Shown: positions 1 through 10,045 of the stretch, piece by piece
Layout: the number at the start of each line of letters is the position of its first letter
Numbering within the stretch: the stretch's first letter is position 1
Position numbers and translations under genes: made by a program
The notes under the pieces: model-generated
Told to the model about the DNA's origin: nothing
The model's database searches: none
Seen by the model: only the letters and a program-made list of their open reading frames with translations
NCBI GenBank assembly: GCA_965240325.2
Contig: OZ251222.1
Location: 1,984,001 to 2,048,000 of the forward strand
Source: Rebecca billardiae RCC1528
Lineage: Eukaryota; Protista; Haptophyta
Length of the DNA: 64,000 nt
Direction of reading: 5' to 3'

Positions 1-32
1 CGCGCGGAGGCGGCTTGGCAAGGAGGGCCCTT

Positions 33-1910
33 CGTATCAGTGATACAGGCAGATACAGTGATACAGTGATACAGCAGGTGGCCTGGTAGTCCGGGTGGTG
101 GCAGTCTGCCGTCTGGAGTCTGGGCGTGTGCCGGCGAGTGCCGGCGGCAGCAGAGTTGAGCAGTCCGGGCGCGGACAGGGACGATTGCGGCGGCCTGAAC
201 AGGGAGTTCCCGGCCCCGACGGTGGTGAAGTTGGCTCGCCTGCGTGCCGCGGATGATCAGTCAACGGTGAGCAAGACGGGGGGGGGCGGGGCGGGGGGCG
301 ACACGGCACGAGGCCCTGACGGCCGAGCTGGCTGGCGAGCCGTTGTGCGCCGCAGCATACGCAGCGCCGCACGCGCGCTGCCGGCGAGGGCACGGGCGGT
401 GATCAGACACGGCGGCGGCCAGCAGGCACGGTGCCGGCTCTCGCCTGCGCGCTCGGCCCGCAGGGCGCGTGCCAGTCAGTCATTGGCGCGGCAGCCGGCG
501 GCGGCTGCGACGTGCCGTCAGCGGCCGCCGCGGGCGTGCGTGGCGACAACTGCAGCGATGCCTGGCTGTCGCGGTGCGGCTCGCAGAACAGCGCACGGGC
601 GCCACGTCTCCATCACGCCACGGCTCCAGCGCGCCCTGACGCGGCCCGGCACTCACGCCCACACGAGCTGCGAAGACGCGCGCCTTGCCATCGCGCGAGA
701 GTGGGGGTCGTCGGGCCCGGCCGCGAATCGCCGGCGGCCGTTTTGAAACCCGCTGCCGCTGTATCACTGTATCACTGTACCATCGGCGACGGCTTCATGG
801 GCGGTGACAGTTGGCGGGCGTCAATCTCGCCTGCCTGAGCTGTGTGCGTCTCTTATTCTTAGTAAACTGTATCTGCCTGTATCACTGATACGGGGGGGCT
901 CCTCCCGGCCGCGCCGCCGCGCCGCGCCGCCGTCCACCCGGACTGCCGCCACCCGGACTACAGGCCACCTGTATCACTGTATCACTGTATCTGCCTGTAT
1001 CACTGATACGGGGGGGCTCCTCCGGCCTCCCGGCCCGCGCCGCCGCGCCGCGCCGCCGTCCACCCGGACTGCCGCCACCCGGACTACAGGCCACCTGTAT
1101 CACTGTATCACTGTATCTGCCTGTATCACTGATACGGGGGGGCTCCTCCGCCGGCCGCGCCGCCGCGCCGCGCCGCCGTCCACCCGGACTGCCGCCACCC
1201 GGACTACAGGCCACCTGTATCACTGTATCACTGTATCTGCCTGTATCACTGATACGGCAGGGGCTCTGCCGAGGAGCCCCCCTGTATCAGTGATACAGGC
1301 AAATACAGTGATACAGTGATACAGGTGGCCTGTAGTCCGGGTGGCGGCAGTCCGGGTGGACGGCGGCGCGGCGCGGCGGCGCGGCCGGGAGGAGCCCGGC
1401 CCCCGTATCAGTGATACAGGCAGATACAGTGATACAGTGATACAGGTTGAGGTGGCCTGTAGTCCGGGTGGCGGCAGTCCGGGTGGACGGCGGCGCGGGC
1501 CGCGGCGCGGCGGCGCGGCCGGGAGGAGCCCCCCCGTATCAGTGATACAGGCAAATACAGTGATACAGTGATACGGGTGGCCTGTAGTCCGGGTGGCGGC
1601 AGTCCGGGCGGGCGGCTGCCGGCGCGTGCTGCGCGGCGGCGTGGCCGGGACGGGAGCCCCCCGTATCAGTGATACAGGCGAATACAGTGATACAGTGATA
1701 CAGGTGGCCTGTAGTCCGGATTAGGCGGTAGTCCGGGCGGCGGGCGGCGCGCTGACGTATGGACACGGTGCCGCGGCGGCTGGGGCTGTGCAGCCTGTCG
1801 GCTCAGGGCCCTGTATCAGCCGGCATTGATACACAGCTGGGGCTGTATCAGGTGGCATTGATACACAGCCGGGCTGTATCAGCTGGTGTTGGTGCCCACT
1901 GATACAGCCC
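33..1910. repeat. Head-to-head inverted array of ~120-130 bp units containing (TGATACAG)n and the palindrome GTATCA-N-TGATAC; foldback/TE-subterminal-like or satellite
   Basis: Forward units at ~867-969, 970-1095, 1096-1215 and a partial at 1216-1256. Reverse units at ~1282-1403, 1404-1534, 1535-1661 and 1662-1740. Isolated copies at 33-110 (reverse) and 757-785 (forward). Degenerate CTGTATCAG..TGATAC units at 1811-1910. Confidence 0.9.
830..871 (+). repeat. 42-bp dispersed element, copy 1
   Basis: CCTGCCTGAGCTGTGTGCGTCTCTTATTCTTAGTAAACTGTA; exact reverse complement at 37754-37795. Confidence 0.9.
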
Positions 1911-2042
1911 AAGATGAGTATTGTCTAAGGGGGATCAGACGTGTGCCGCCGGCCAACCAGCGCTCGCGGACGGCTGCGCTTCTCGGAAACTACAGATTCT
2001 GGCAAAACTCGGGGGGCACGCCTGTCGCGCCCTTAGCTAGCA

Positions 2043-2696
2043 TCTCACATCTGCATCATGATTGAGACATGATCATCGCACTGTGACATGGCGGGCATCT
2101 GTGGCACGCGATTGACGACTTGGATTTCCTCAGAGGACTCCTGATTGCTTAGATTCGGAGTGATGGACTTAGTGGAGTTGGTCATTCAGCTAGACATTCA
2201 GAACAGTTCACTGTCAGTTGGACGCCGTCAGCATACCGCCCGTCGGCGGATCCAGCTATATGATTAATATGATGACTATTTAAATGAGCAGCGATATCCT
2301 AAGGCAGGATATGATGACGAACGCCATGCGTAGTCTGTATTCCGCGCCAATTTCCATCGCAGCCGGAGTCTCACATCTGCATCATGATTGAGACATGATC
2401 ATCGCACTGTGACATGGCGGGCATCTGTGGCACGCGATTGACGACTTGGATTCCCTCAGAGGACTCCTGATTGCTTAGATTCGGAGTGATGGACTTAGTG
2501 GAGTTGGTCATTCAGCTAGACATTCAGAACAGTTCACCGTCAGTACTCAGTTGGACGCCGTCAGCATACCGCCCGTCGGCGGATCCAGCTATATGATTAA
2601 TGACTATTTAAATGAGCAGCGATATCCTAAGGCAGGATATGATGACGAACGCCATGCGTAGTCTATATTCCGCGCCAATTTCCATCGCAGCCGGAG
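2043..2696. repeat. Direct tandem duplication, two ~326-328 bp copies
   Basis: Copy 1 is 2043-2368 and copy 2 is 2369-2696 (TCTCACATCTGCATCATG...GCAGCCGGAG). They differ by a few substitutions and two small indels. Confidence 0.95.
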
Positions 2697-3208
2697 TCTG
2701 TCGGCGTCGGCGAACTCGGCGGCGCCGGGCCGCCCGCGGCGCGGTCTAGTGACCGAGACTCCGCGTCACCGAGTGATGTTGTCTACATCACTCTGACTCT
2801 CTGAATGAGAAGTGACGGAGAGCCTGTCTGTCTTCGGAGTTAGCGCGCTATTTAGACGACTCTGACTTCAGCTAGTGAGTATTATAATGATAATAATAAA
2901 TTATAATAACGACCGACGTCGGACGACACCGAATGCCGATCAGCGGGGCTGGCCAGGGTAGGGCTGGAGGCTTCGGCCGCCAGCCTGATCACCCGGAGCC
3001 CGTTAAAATTTATAAAGGGGATCGAATTTTAAAACTCCGGTCTCCGTGGCACGGAAGTACTCACTCAGTATATATACTAGAATGAGAATGACTGAATTGT
3101 CACGCAGCTGCGATATTCCGTTATAGGCGTTAGGATTCGCACACCGCCGGGCGCATGCACTCATGCAGAGACATTGGAGTGGCTGCTGCTCGCGAGCCTG
3201 GCGCAGCC

Positions 3209-4264
3209 CTAACCAGCAGCAACCATGGCGTCTGCGTCCGCAAGGGTCGGCATGGGTGGCGGCGGGAGATTCGGTGGAAGCATGCTTTCGTGGTACCTGC
3301 GCACGCTCTTGGACAGGCTGGACGCCGCCGGCTGCGCGCCCTCGATGTCGTCCACACGATTTGTCCGCTTCGATGGCATTTTGTCAGGGTAGTGCCGATT
3401 GCCCGGGTCCACGTACGGCCCGGAGGCGCGCCACACCGGCGGAGGATTGCACTTCGTGTCGTGCTGCGCGCCGAAGATGTCGTCCACGCGATTCGTCTCC
3501 CGCGTGGCGAACATGCCATACTTCTTGTGGAAGGCGTCGGCAAAGCACTTGTCAATGTCGTCGGTGCGCAGCGCGTAGAATTCGCCCGGTGCGCGTGGGT
3601 ACGCCCGGCCCGGCACGGGCATGCGGGTGGCGACGGGTGGCATCGGCTTCCCACCCACGCTGATGTACGTCGGCTCGAGTGGGTTTGTGCCGCGCGGGCC
3701 GGTGCTGCGCCACTTCTCGCGCTCGTTTGACACGTCGCGCATGTCTGGCGGCTGCGGCCGCGTCCCGGATGACGAGTAGAAGCGCTGGTGCCACGTGCCG
3801 CTGTTGACGTCGCGGTAGTCGAGCGAATGCGTGTCGCGTGTCTTACTCGCGCTGCGGGACCGCCTTTCTGGAGGCGGCATCGTCCACTGCTTCTCACGCG
3901 TCGACATGGCTTCTGTGATCGAGCGCGGGCCGATGTTCTCCGCGTACCGGTAGGATGGCAGCGTGTATGCCGGCTGCAGGGGGTCGACCTTCCTGTTGGC
4001 GCTCAGCCAGTGGCCACCGCTCTTAGAGCCCTGCATGTGCGGGCAAGGGATGCGTGGCATGCGACAGGGGTGAGGAGGCTGGGAGGGAGCCAGCCGCTGC
4101 ATGGTGGTGCGCGGGTAATGGGTGCGCACCTGGACGTCAGAGTAATCCCACGGGCGGTTGTCGTTTTTGCGTACGCGAGCGACGGTTGAGGCCGGTGACG
4201 CGCCGGCGATGTCCGATACTGCAAGCGGATCGCGCGGCTTGTCGTAAAACTTGCCGCCGTACAT
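3209..4264 (-). CDS. Hypothetical 351-aa protein with internal DI-x-GA and (N/D)PL-x-P-x-Y repeats
   Basis: Single ORF with protein-like composition. Repeats LAVSDIAGASP, RVDDIFGAQH, RVDDIEGAQP, VDPLQPAY and TNPLEPTY. Confidence 0.7.
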   Translation of the reverse strand: MYGGKFYDKPRDPLAVSDIAGASPASTVARVRKNDNRPWDYSDVQVRTHYPRTTMQRLAPSQPPHPCRMPRIPCPHMQGSKSGGHWLSANRKVDPLQPAYTLPSYRYAENIGPRSITEAMSTREKQWTMPPPERRSRSASKTRDTHSLDYRDVNSGTWHQRFYSSSGTRPQPPDMRDVSNEREKWRSTGPRGTNPLEPTYISVGGKPMPPVATRMPVPGRAYPRAPGEFYALRTDDIDKCFADAFHKKYGMFATRETNRVDDIFGAQHDTKCNPPPVWRASGPYVDPGNRHYPDKMPSKRTNRVDDIEGAQPAASSLSKSVRRYHESMLPPNLPPPPMPTLADADAMVAAG

Positions 4265-4409
4265 GGCTGGGGCGTGGGAGCACGCAGGCGCACGAAGTCG
4301 TTACGCGGTCACTTGCGATGGTTTCTTGCTCACCGGCTTCTGACCAAGCAAGTTTGGCCGCCATCGCCCTTTATTCCGCAGCCTGTGCGCGACGAAACCC
4401 TCTGACGCG

Positions 4410-4442
4410 TGGCCATTACGGCCAATTAGTCCGGCCAATTGG
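4410..4442. promoter_or_regulatory. Two CCAAT boxes in a ~210-bp divergent intergenic region
   Basis: GGCCAATTAGTCCGGCCAATTGG lies between divergent ATGs at 4264(-) and 4475(+). Confidence 0.35.
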
Positions 4443-4474
4443 ATTTCGAGCGGGTGCCGCAACGATCGCGGACG

Positions 4475-5365
4475 ATGACGCGTCTTTCACGGTGGCTCGT
4501 CTGGGCGGCGCTGTGCACATTGGGAGATGGCGTGCACTTGCCGCGCCCGGGGGTCTGCCGAACGGCGCGTTGCAGCCGCGCGATGCTCTCTGGCGCCGCT
4601 GGCCCGCGTTCCGTGAGCGCGCTCGGCGCCGGCCTGCACGCGCGGCTCGAGGTGGCACACGCGCGCGCCCTGAGCGTACCTTGCCCGTTCTGGCGGCGTC
4701 GCTTCACGGACGGCGTGGAAGCTCTGCAGCAGGTCGTCTCATTCGTCTGGTCGCGGCACAAGTCGCTACCTCTCGGCCTCGCCCGCCCCTCCAACGCCCC
4801 CGCCAAGCGCGATGGCCTCACGCTGGCAGAGCTGGCGTCTGTGCTGGAGACGGACTTTGGCGTGCGTCGCGCGTACGTGACGGGCCGGCTGACTCGGGCG
4901 GTGTACGCGGAGGACTGCTTCTTCGACGGTCCCGATCCCGACATGCCCGTGCGAGGCGTGCGCAAGTACTGCCTCGCCGTCTCCGGCTTGTTTGACGCGC
5001 CGTCATCGGCATGCACGCTGGCGGGCGCACCACTCGTCGACGAGGCGGCTGGCGCGATCATTTGCCACTGGAGACTGTCGGGACGGCTGCACCTGCCGTG
5101 GCGGCCGGCGTTCAAGCCGTACCTCGGGTATACGACGTACACCGTCGACCCGGCGACCGGTCTGATCTCCACGGCCGTCGAGGCGTGGAGTGTGCACCCG
5201 GCTGCAGCATTCCTGAGCGTTCTTGCGCCAGCGCTGGTCCGCATGGTGCCAAGCGCACCCGAGGTGGGCTCGCTCGACGAGTGGCTGCGGGCATGGGAGG
5301 AGGCCGGCGCTGCACGTCCCCCGCATTTGGGCACTGCGTGGTCGTCGCTGCGCGAGTTGCTGTGA
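4475..5365 (+). CDS. DUF2358 / SnoaL-like (NTF2-fold) protein, probably with a signal or bipartite plastid-targeting peptide
   Basis: Motifs YVTGRLTRAVYAEDCFFDGPDP and WRLSGRLHLPWRP..YTTYTVD are typical of DUF2358. Hydrophobic N-terminus MTRLSRWLVWAALCTLG. Confidence 0.75.
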   Translation: MTRLSRWLVWAALCTLGDGVHLPRPGVCRTARCSRAMLSGAAGPRSVSALGAGLHARLEVAHARALSVPCPFWRRRFTDGVEALQQVVSFVWSRHKSLPLGLARPSNAPAKRDGLTLAELASVLETDFGVRRAYVTGRLTRAVYAEDCFFDGPDPDMPVRGVRKYCLAVSGLFDAPSSACTLAGAPLVDEAAGAIICHWRLSGRLHLPWRPAFKPYLGYTTYTVDPATGLISTAVEAWSVHPAAAFLSVLAPALVRMVPSAPEVGSLDEWLRAWEEAGAARPPHLGTAWSSLRELL

Positions 5366-5792
5366 CGAGCTGCCTTGCCGCCGCTCATCTGCAGGCTGAT
5401 GATCCATCACTGAGAATCATGTGACACCCGCTGCAGCTGCGGACCCCATGCCCTGGGGGGCTTGGGGCCGGGAGGCGGACGCCGGACGAGCCGGAGGCCC
5501 GGAGCTGGCACTACGGCCACGGCCACGGCCTGGCGGGGCGTGCTGCGGCACAGCCCCGCCATCTTTGAAAAGGTGGCAGGCCGTGCACTCAGCCGCGTGG
5601 CGTGTCGTCACTACAATCCCGGATCAGGTCGGGCGGTGAATCGGATGATGCCGGCCGCGCCGCCACTCCCAGTCCCACTGTCGCGGGCAACGGCATTTTG
5701 CCTTTTGGCAGCCTGGGGGCCATGGGCATGGGCTGGGCCTGGCCCTGGGCCTGGGGCCCTGGGGGGCGCTCGAACTGCCGCCAACTGAGTAG

Positions 5793-5802
5793 TATGTGTA
5801 TA

Positions 5803-5837
<35 letters not shown>

Positions 5838-5856
5838 GTATATGTATATACATATA
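5793..5856. repeat. Imperfect (TA)n microsatellite
   Basis: Direct reading. Confidence 0.95.
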
Positions 5857-6003
5857 CCGTACTAACGCTACTATGTCTAATCAGTACTGACTGACAGACT
5901 GACAGTGACCGTACTCGGTACTGTCTACTGACTGTCTAGTGAGTAGTGTCTGAGTAACTAGTGAATAGTGATGAATATGATCGGTCATCCGGATCGGATA
6001 TGA

Positions 6004-6006
<3 letters not shown>

Positions 6007-6052
<46 letters not shown>
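6007..6052. repeat. (AT)n microsatellite
   Basis: Direct reading. Confidence 0.95.
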
Positions 6053-6058
<6 letters not shown>

Positions 6059-6224
6059 TAATGAGTGAATGAATATAGTAGTAGTTTTACTGTACTCTAC
6101 TTACTGCCGCCGCTGGCACCGCTGCACGGCCTCTTCGGACTGAATCATCGCTTGCCTAGGTGGGAGTATGGCAACTGCCACTGGGCCTGGCGGCAGACTG
6201 AGACGGCTGACGGGTGTCAGGTGA

Positions 6225-7985
6225 TCAGCCAATGCGGCTGAGCGTGACCTCGATGATGTCGATGACAGCGCGGGTGGTGCCGAACACGGTCGTGAGCGCG
6301 CAGAAGACTGCGCACACGACATTAACCGGGACCAGCCAGCGCGGCAGCCGGAGCTCGCCCATGCTGTGCAGCTTGAGCGAGAAGACAAAGGGCGTCCCTG
6401 CCATGACCGCCTGGCACATTGCCCCGAGCAGCGCGATGAGCAAGTCCAGCCGAGGCAACGCGAGGACGACGAGCGCGCACATGGTCGTCGTGAGCGCGCG
6501 CGTGCGCACAAACGCGTGCAGCTGCCGCGCGCGCGAGAACCTGCCTCGCGGCGCCGCGGCGCCCTCGAGGTCGTCGCTCGCAGCGGCTGGTGCTGGCACG
6601 CTGCTGCTGCTGCTGCCGCCCACGCCGCTGGATGAGCCGTGGTGTGCTGCCGGCGGCGCGGACCGGTTCTCGATCACCTCGAGGGCGGGCTGCAGCTGCA
6701 GCGGGAAGGTCAGCAGCACCGCGGACGCAACAACCGTGTTCACCGCCCCGAACAGGTGCCCCGCGTGGTGGCGCCTCTCGAGGAAGGCTGTGATGGAGCC
6801 CGAGCGCACCTCGGGGAATGCGACGGCGCACGCCGCGCCAAGGGCGCCAAACATGCACGAGAGGCTGACGTTGGCGGCCACGAGCACCGGCGTGAAGTCG
6901 TCGCGCGACGCATCCGCCCACTCGCCCTCAAACGCCGACTCTGACGTCACCGTGCCTGTCGGCCTGTGCCCGTCATCCGCAGCGGCGCCAGCCGCCGCCG
7001 CAGGCCAGGCAGTCGGCTGAGCTGCGCCGTCGGCGCCCTCGGGCTGCACGCTGGCCGGAGCGGCCTCGAAGCTAAGGGCGGCGCCGCGCGGTGGTGACGC
7101 GTCGCGTGCGCCCTGCGCGGGCCCCGCGCCGTCCAGGCCGGCGGCCTGCGCGTCTTCGGGCGCTGGCGAGGCCGAGGCGATGGCATGGCTGGGGCCAGGC
7201 GGCGGCCCAGGCGGAGCAAGGGCGGCGCCGTGTGCGCCCATTGCCATGAGCTCGACCGCGCCCTCGCGCTCAGCCGACAGCTTCTCCACGCCCGCGCGCG
7301 CATCGAGCACCCTGGTCGCCGTCTCCACCGGCAGCACGAGCGCGATCCCCTCGTACGCATAGAAGAGCGCGCCGAGGCAGAGCGCCACGTCGCCTGCGCT
7401 GTCCGGCCAAAGCGCGCTGCCCGACGCATGCTGCCCGTTTGTGATCTCGTGGAGCGCGGCACCGACGGCCGTGGCGCACGCCAAGAACATGAGCGTGTTC
7501 GCCACCATCGACAGGGGCGTCAGCGCGTGGATGCTCGGGATCATCGAGAAGAGCAGCGCGAGCACATACACGGGCAGCACACAGAGCGCGAAGGGCATCG
7601 ACGGCCGCGCCGCGCGCAGATTTGTGGCCACCAGCGCGATGAAGACGCAGCACACGCCGAGCTGCTGGGCCACGATCAGTGCGTCTATGAACCGGGCACC
7701 CGCCGCGCCAAAGGTCGCCCGTCCGACGTCGGTGAAGGTGACAACGCGCGGACTGTTCAGCCGCCGCTTGCACCAGACGAGCAGCGACATGCTGTACGTG
7801 CCCTGAATGGTGATGATCGCGAGCAGCACCAGTCCGACGAAGGGGCCAACACGCGCGAACGCGGCCGGGAGCGCGAGGCATCCTGGCCCGAAGTTCCCCT
7901 TGACAATGTGCGCAAAGGCTTCGAAGCGATTCGTCGTCGAGCGGTGCACGCCGCCCCGCGACATCGTTGATCGCGGCTCGTGCAT
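6225..7985 (-). CDS. Amino acid/auxin permease (AAAP, Aa_trans; SLC36/PAT-like) transporter
   Basis: Motifs AFAHIVKGNFGPGCLALPAAF, QQLGVCCVF, FYAYEGIALVLPVE and LTFPLQLQP, plus multiple TM helices. Confidence 0.9.
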   Translation of the reverse strand: MHEPRSTMSRGGVHRSTTNRFEAFAHIVKGNFGPGCLALPAAFARVGPFVGLVLLAIITIQGTYSMSLLVWCKRRLNSPRVVTFTDVGRATFGAAGARFIDALIVAQQLGVCCVFIALVATNLRAARPSMPFALCVLPVYVLALLFSMIPSIHALTPLSMVANTLMFLACATAVGAALHEITNGQHASGSALWPDSAGDVALCLGALFYAYEGIALVLPVETATRVLDARAGVEKLSAEREGAVELMAMGAHGAALAPPGPPPGPSHAIASASPAPEDAQAAGLDGAGPAQGARDASPPRGAALSFEAAPASVQPEGADGAAQPTAWPAAAAGAAADDGHRPTGTVTSESAFEGEWADASRDDFTPVLVAANVSLSCMFGALGAACAVAFPEVRSGSITAFLERRHHAGHLFGAVNTVVASAVLLTFPLQLQPALEVIENRSAPPAAHHGSSSGVGGSSSSSVPAPAAASDDLEGAAAPRGRFSRARQLHAFVRTRALTTTMCALVVLALPRLDLLIALLGAMCQAVMAGTPFVFSLKLHSMGELRLPRWLVPVNVVCAVFCALTTVFGTTRAVIDIIEVTLSRIG

Positions 7986-8362
7986 CCGCTGCCGCTACTT
8001 AAACCAATATGTCGTGCCAAAAATGCCAGCTAGTTTTTTTTTCCAGCCCGCTCTCCCTCATTTTTCATGATGTTGTTGTCGGCGGCGGCGGCTGGGTCTC
8101 ACAGTGACTCGAGTGAGTACTGACGGCAACAACTGGCAACAAGTGCACGGTGCGCACCGACGCAGGTCCGGCGGGCGTAGGTGTCCTCGGCTAGCTCTGG
8201 CAGTGCGCAGCAGTACTTTCGGAATCGCTGACCGGTAACTAGTGCGGCGCGCGACGCACGCCAACACGGGCCTCGTGTCGATCGTGACACCGACGAGTGA
8301 CGACGATTGTCGATCGACGGGTCGGCCGCCTCACGCGAGTAGTGGCAACCACTGACGACGGA

Positions 8363-9900
8363 TCAGACCTCGTCGCGCATGATGGCTTCACGCAGCTCGC
8401 GCGTCAAGTGGTTCATGTACAGCACGTTGTGCAGCGAGCCGAGCGTCGTGTACAGCGGCTCGTGCTGCTTGAAGAGGTGGTGCAGGTACGCGCGTGAGAA
8501 CGGGATCGTCTCCATCTCCGGGTCGATCGGCCGGTGGTCGTCCGCAAACTTCTCCAGCTTGATCTTGAGCGTGCCGGCGCGCGTCATGAGCGTCCCGTGG
8601 CGGCCGAGCCGCGTCGGGTTGCACGAGTCGAACGTGTCCACGCCGAGCGGCACCGCCTCGCGCACCGACTCCTCGTCCGCGATGCCGAGCAGGTGGTTGG
8701 GCTTGTCCGCGGGCAGCAGCGGCATCAGATACCGCAGCAGCTCGAACATCTCCAAGCGGTCCTTGCCCAGCGAGCCGCCGACGGCGAAGCCGTCGAAGGG
8801 GAGCGACGCGAGGTACTCGATGGAGAGGCGCCGAAGCTCGCGGTCCGTCCCGCCGTGCACCACGCCGTACATCGCCTGCTGCCTCGGGTCCTGCAGGTGG
8901 CGGCGCAGCGAGCGCGCCATCCAGCGGTGTGAGAGCCACACGCTCTGCCGCAGCCGCTCCTCCGAGATGTGGTACGGCGGCAGCTCGTCGAGCGGGATGA
9001 TGATGTCCGAGCCGAAGGCCTTCTGCGCGTCGACGGTCGACTCGGGCGAGAGGAAGATCTCGCGGTGGTCCAGGTACGAGCGGAAGCGCACGCCGTGCTC
9101 GGAGACGGACAGGACGGTGCCACGGCCCGTCTCCGAGTCCTGGTTGCGCTTGCGGCGCGACTTGAGCTCGCGGCCCTCCTCCTCCGCGCACGCGTTGGCG
9201 AGGGAGAAGACCTGGAAGCCGCCCGAGTCGGTGATGATCGGCATCGTCTGCGGGTGGCTCATGAACTTGTGCAGCCCGCCCGCGCGCGCCACCACCTCCG
9301 GCCCCGGGTGCACCAGCAGGTGGTACGTGTTGCAGAACATGAGCTGCACGCCCGCCTCCTGCGCCTGCTGGCTCGTCAGGCCCTTGAGCGCGCCGTTGGT
9401 GCCGACGGGCACGAAGCACGGGGTGTCGATGACGCCGTGCGGCGTCACGATCCGGCCCACGCGCGCGCGCGAGCCCGGCTTGCGAGACGCGTGCACGAGC
9501 TCGAAGCGGAAGAAGTCGCGCGGCGCGTACGGTGGGAACGCGGACGGCGGCGGCGGCGGCGTCATCGGGTCGAAGGTGAGCGCGCGCTGCCGCTTGCGCT
9601 GCTTGCGCTCGTCAGGGCTCACGTAGTACTCGCCCGTCAGTTGCAGGTGCTGCGTCGAGGGGCAGAGGCGCGGGAGGCGCCGCAGGCATGCGCGTGAGTC
9701 ACAGCGGCGAGGCCTTCAGTCGGAGCGCGCGCGCACACCTCTTGCTTGAGCCTGAGCAGCTCGCGCAGCGCAGCAGCTGCTTGCTTCGCCTCGTCTTCAC
9801 CGCTTGCCTTCGCATCCCGCACGCGCTGGGCCTGCGCGCCGATCCGTGCGATGCAATCATCCACCTGCGCCTTCCAGTCCCAGGAGGCACCGGCCGCCAT
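8363..9900 (-). CDS. tgt: Queuine tRNA-ribosyltransferase (TGT, bacterial/chlamydial-like) with N-terminal WHEP domain; exons 9900-9739 and 9649-8363
   Basis: Motifs NTYHL, TDSGGFQVFSL, VHGG, GGSLG, HLLG, DTFDS and SRAYLHHL. An 89-nt GT-AG intron (9650-9738) joins ..ELLRLKQE to HLQLTGEYY, completing a WHEP helix-turn-helix. Confidence 0.9.
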
Positions 9901-10045
9901 GTCTTTTATTCGCGCGCTGAGTCACGTGTCGAGCGCGACGATGAACAATTGCCGGAATTCATTTTCGGTGCGCTTATTATATATATATTTAACGACGTGG
10001 CAGCATCGGACAAGCGTCAGGCTCAGAGTGCAACAGACACATAGA

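Noticed and set aside
867-1740. CRISPR-like array
   Set aside because: The inter-repeat sequences are near-identical rather than unique spacers, the orientation flips midway, there are no cas genes, and the context is eukaryotic.
37-1912. Short ORFs with LYHCI / SDTVIQ repeats
   Set aside because: These are translations of the non-coding repeat in several frames and on both strands.
4409-4423. GTGGCCATTACGGCC resembling the SMART/SfiI cDNA adaptor
   Set aside because: The flanks do not continue the adaptor and the surrounding gene structure is coherent; probably chance.
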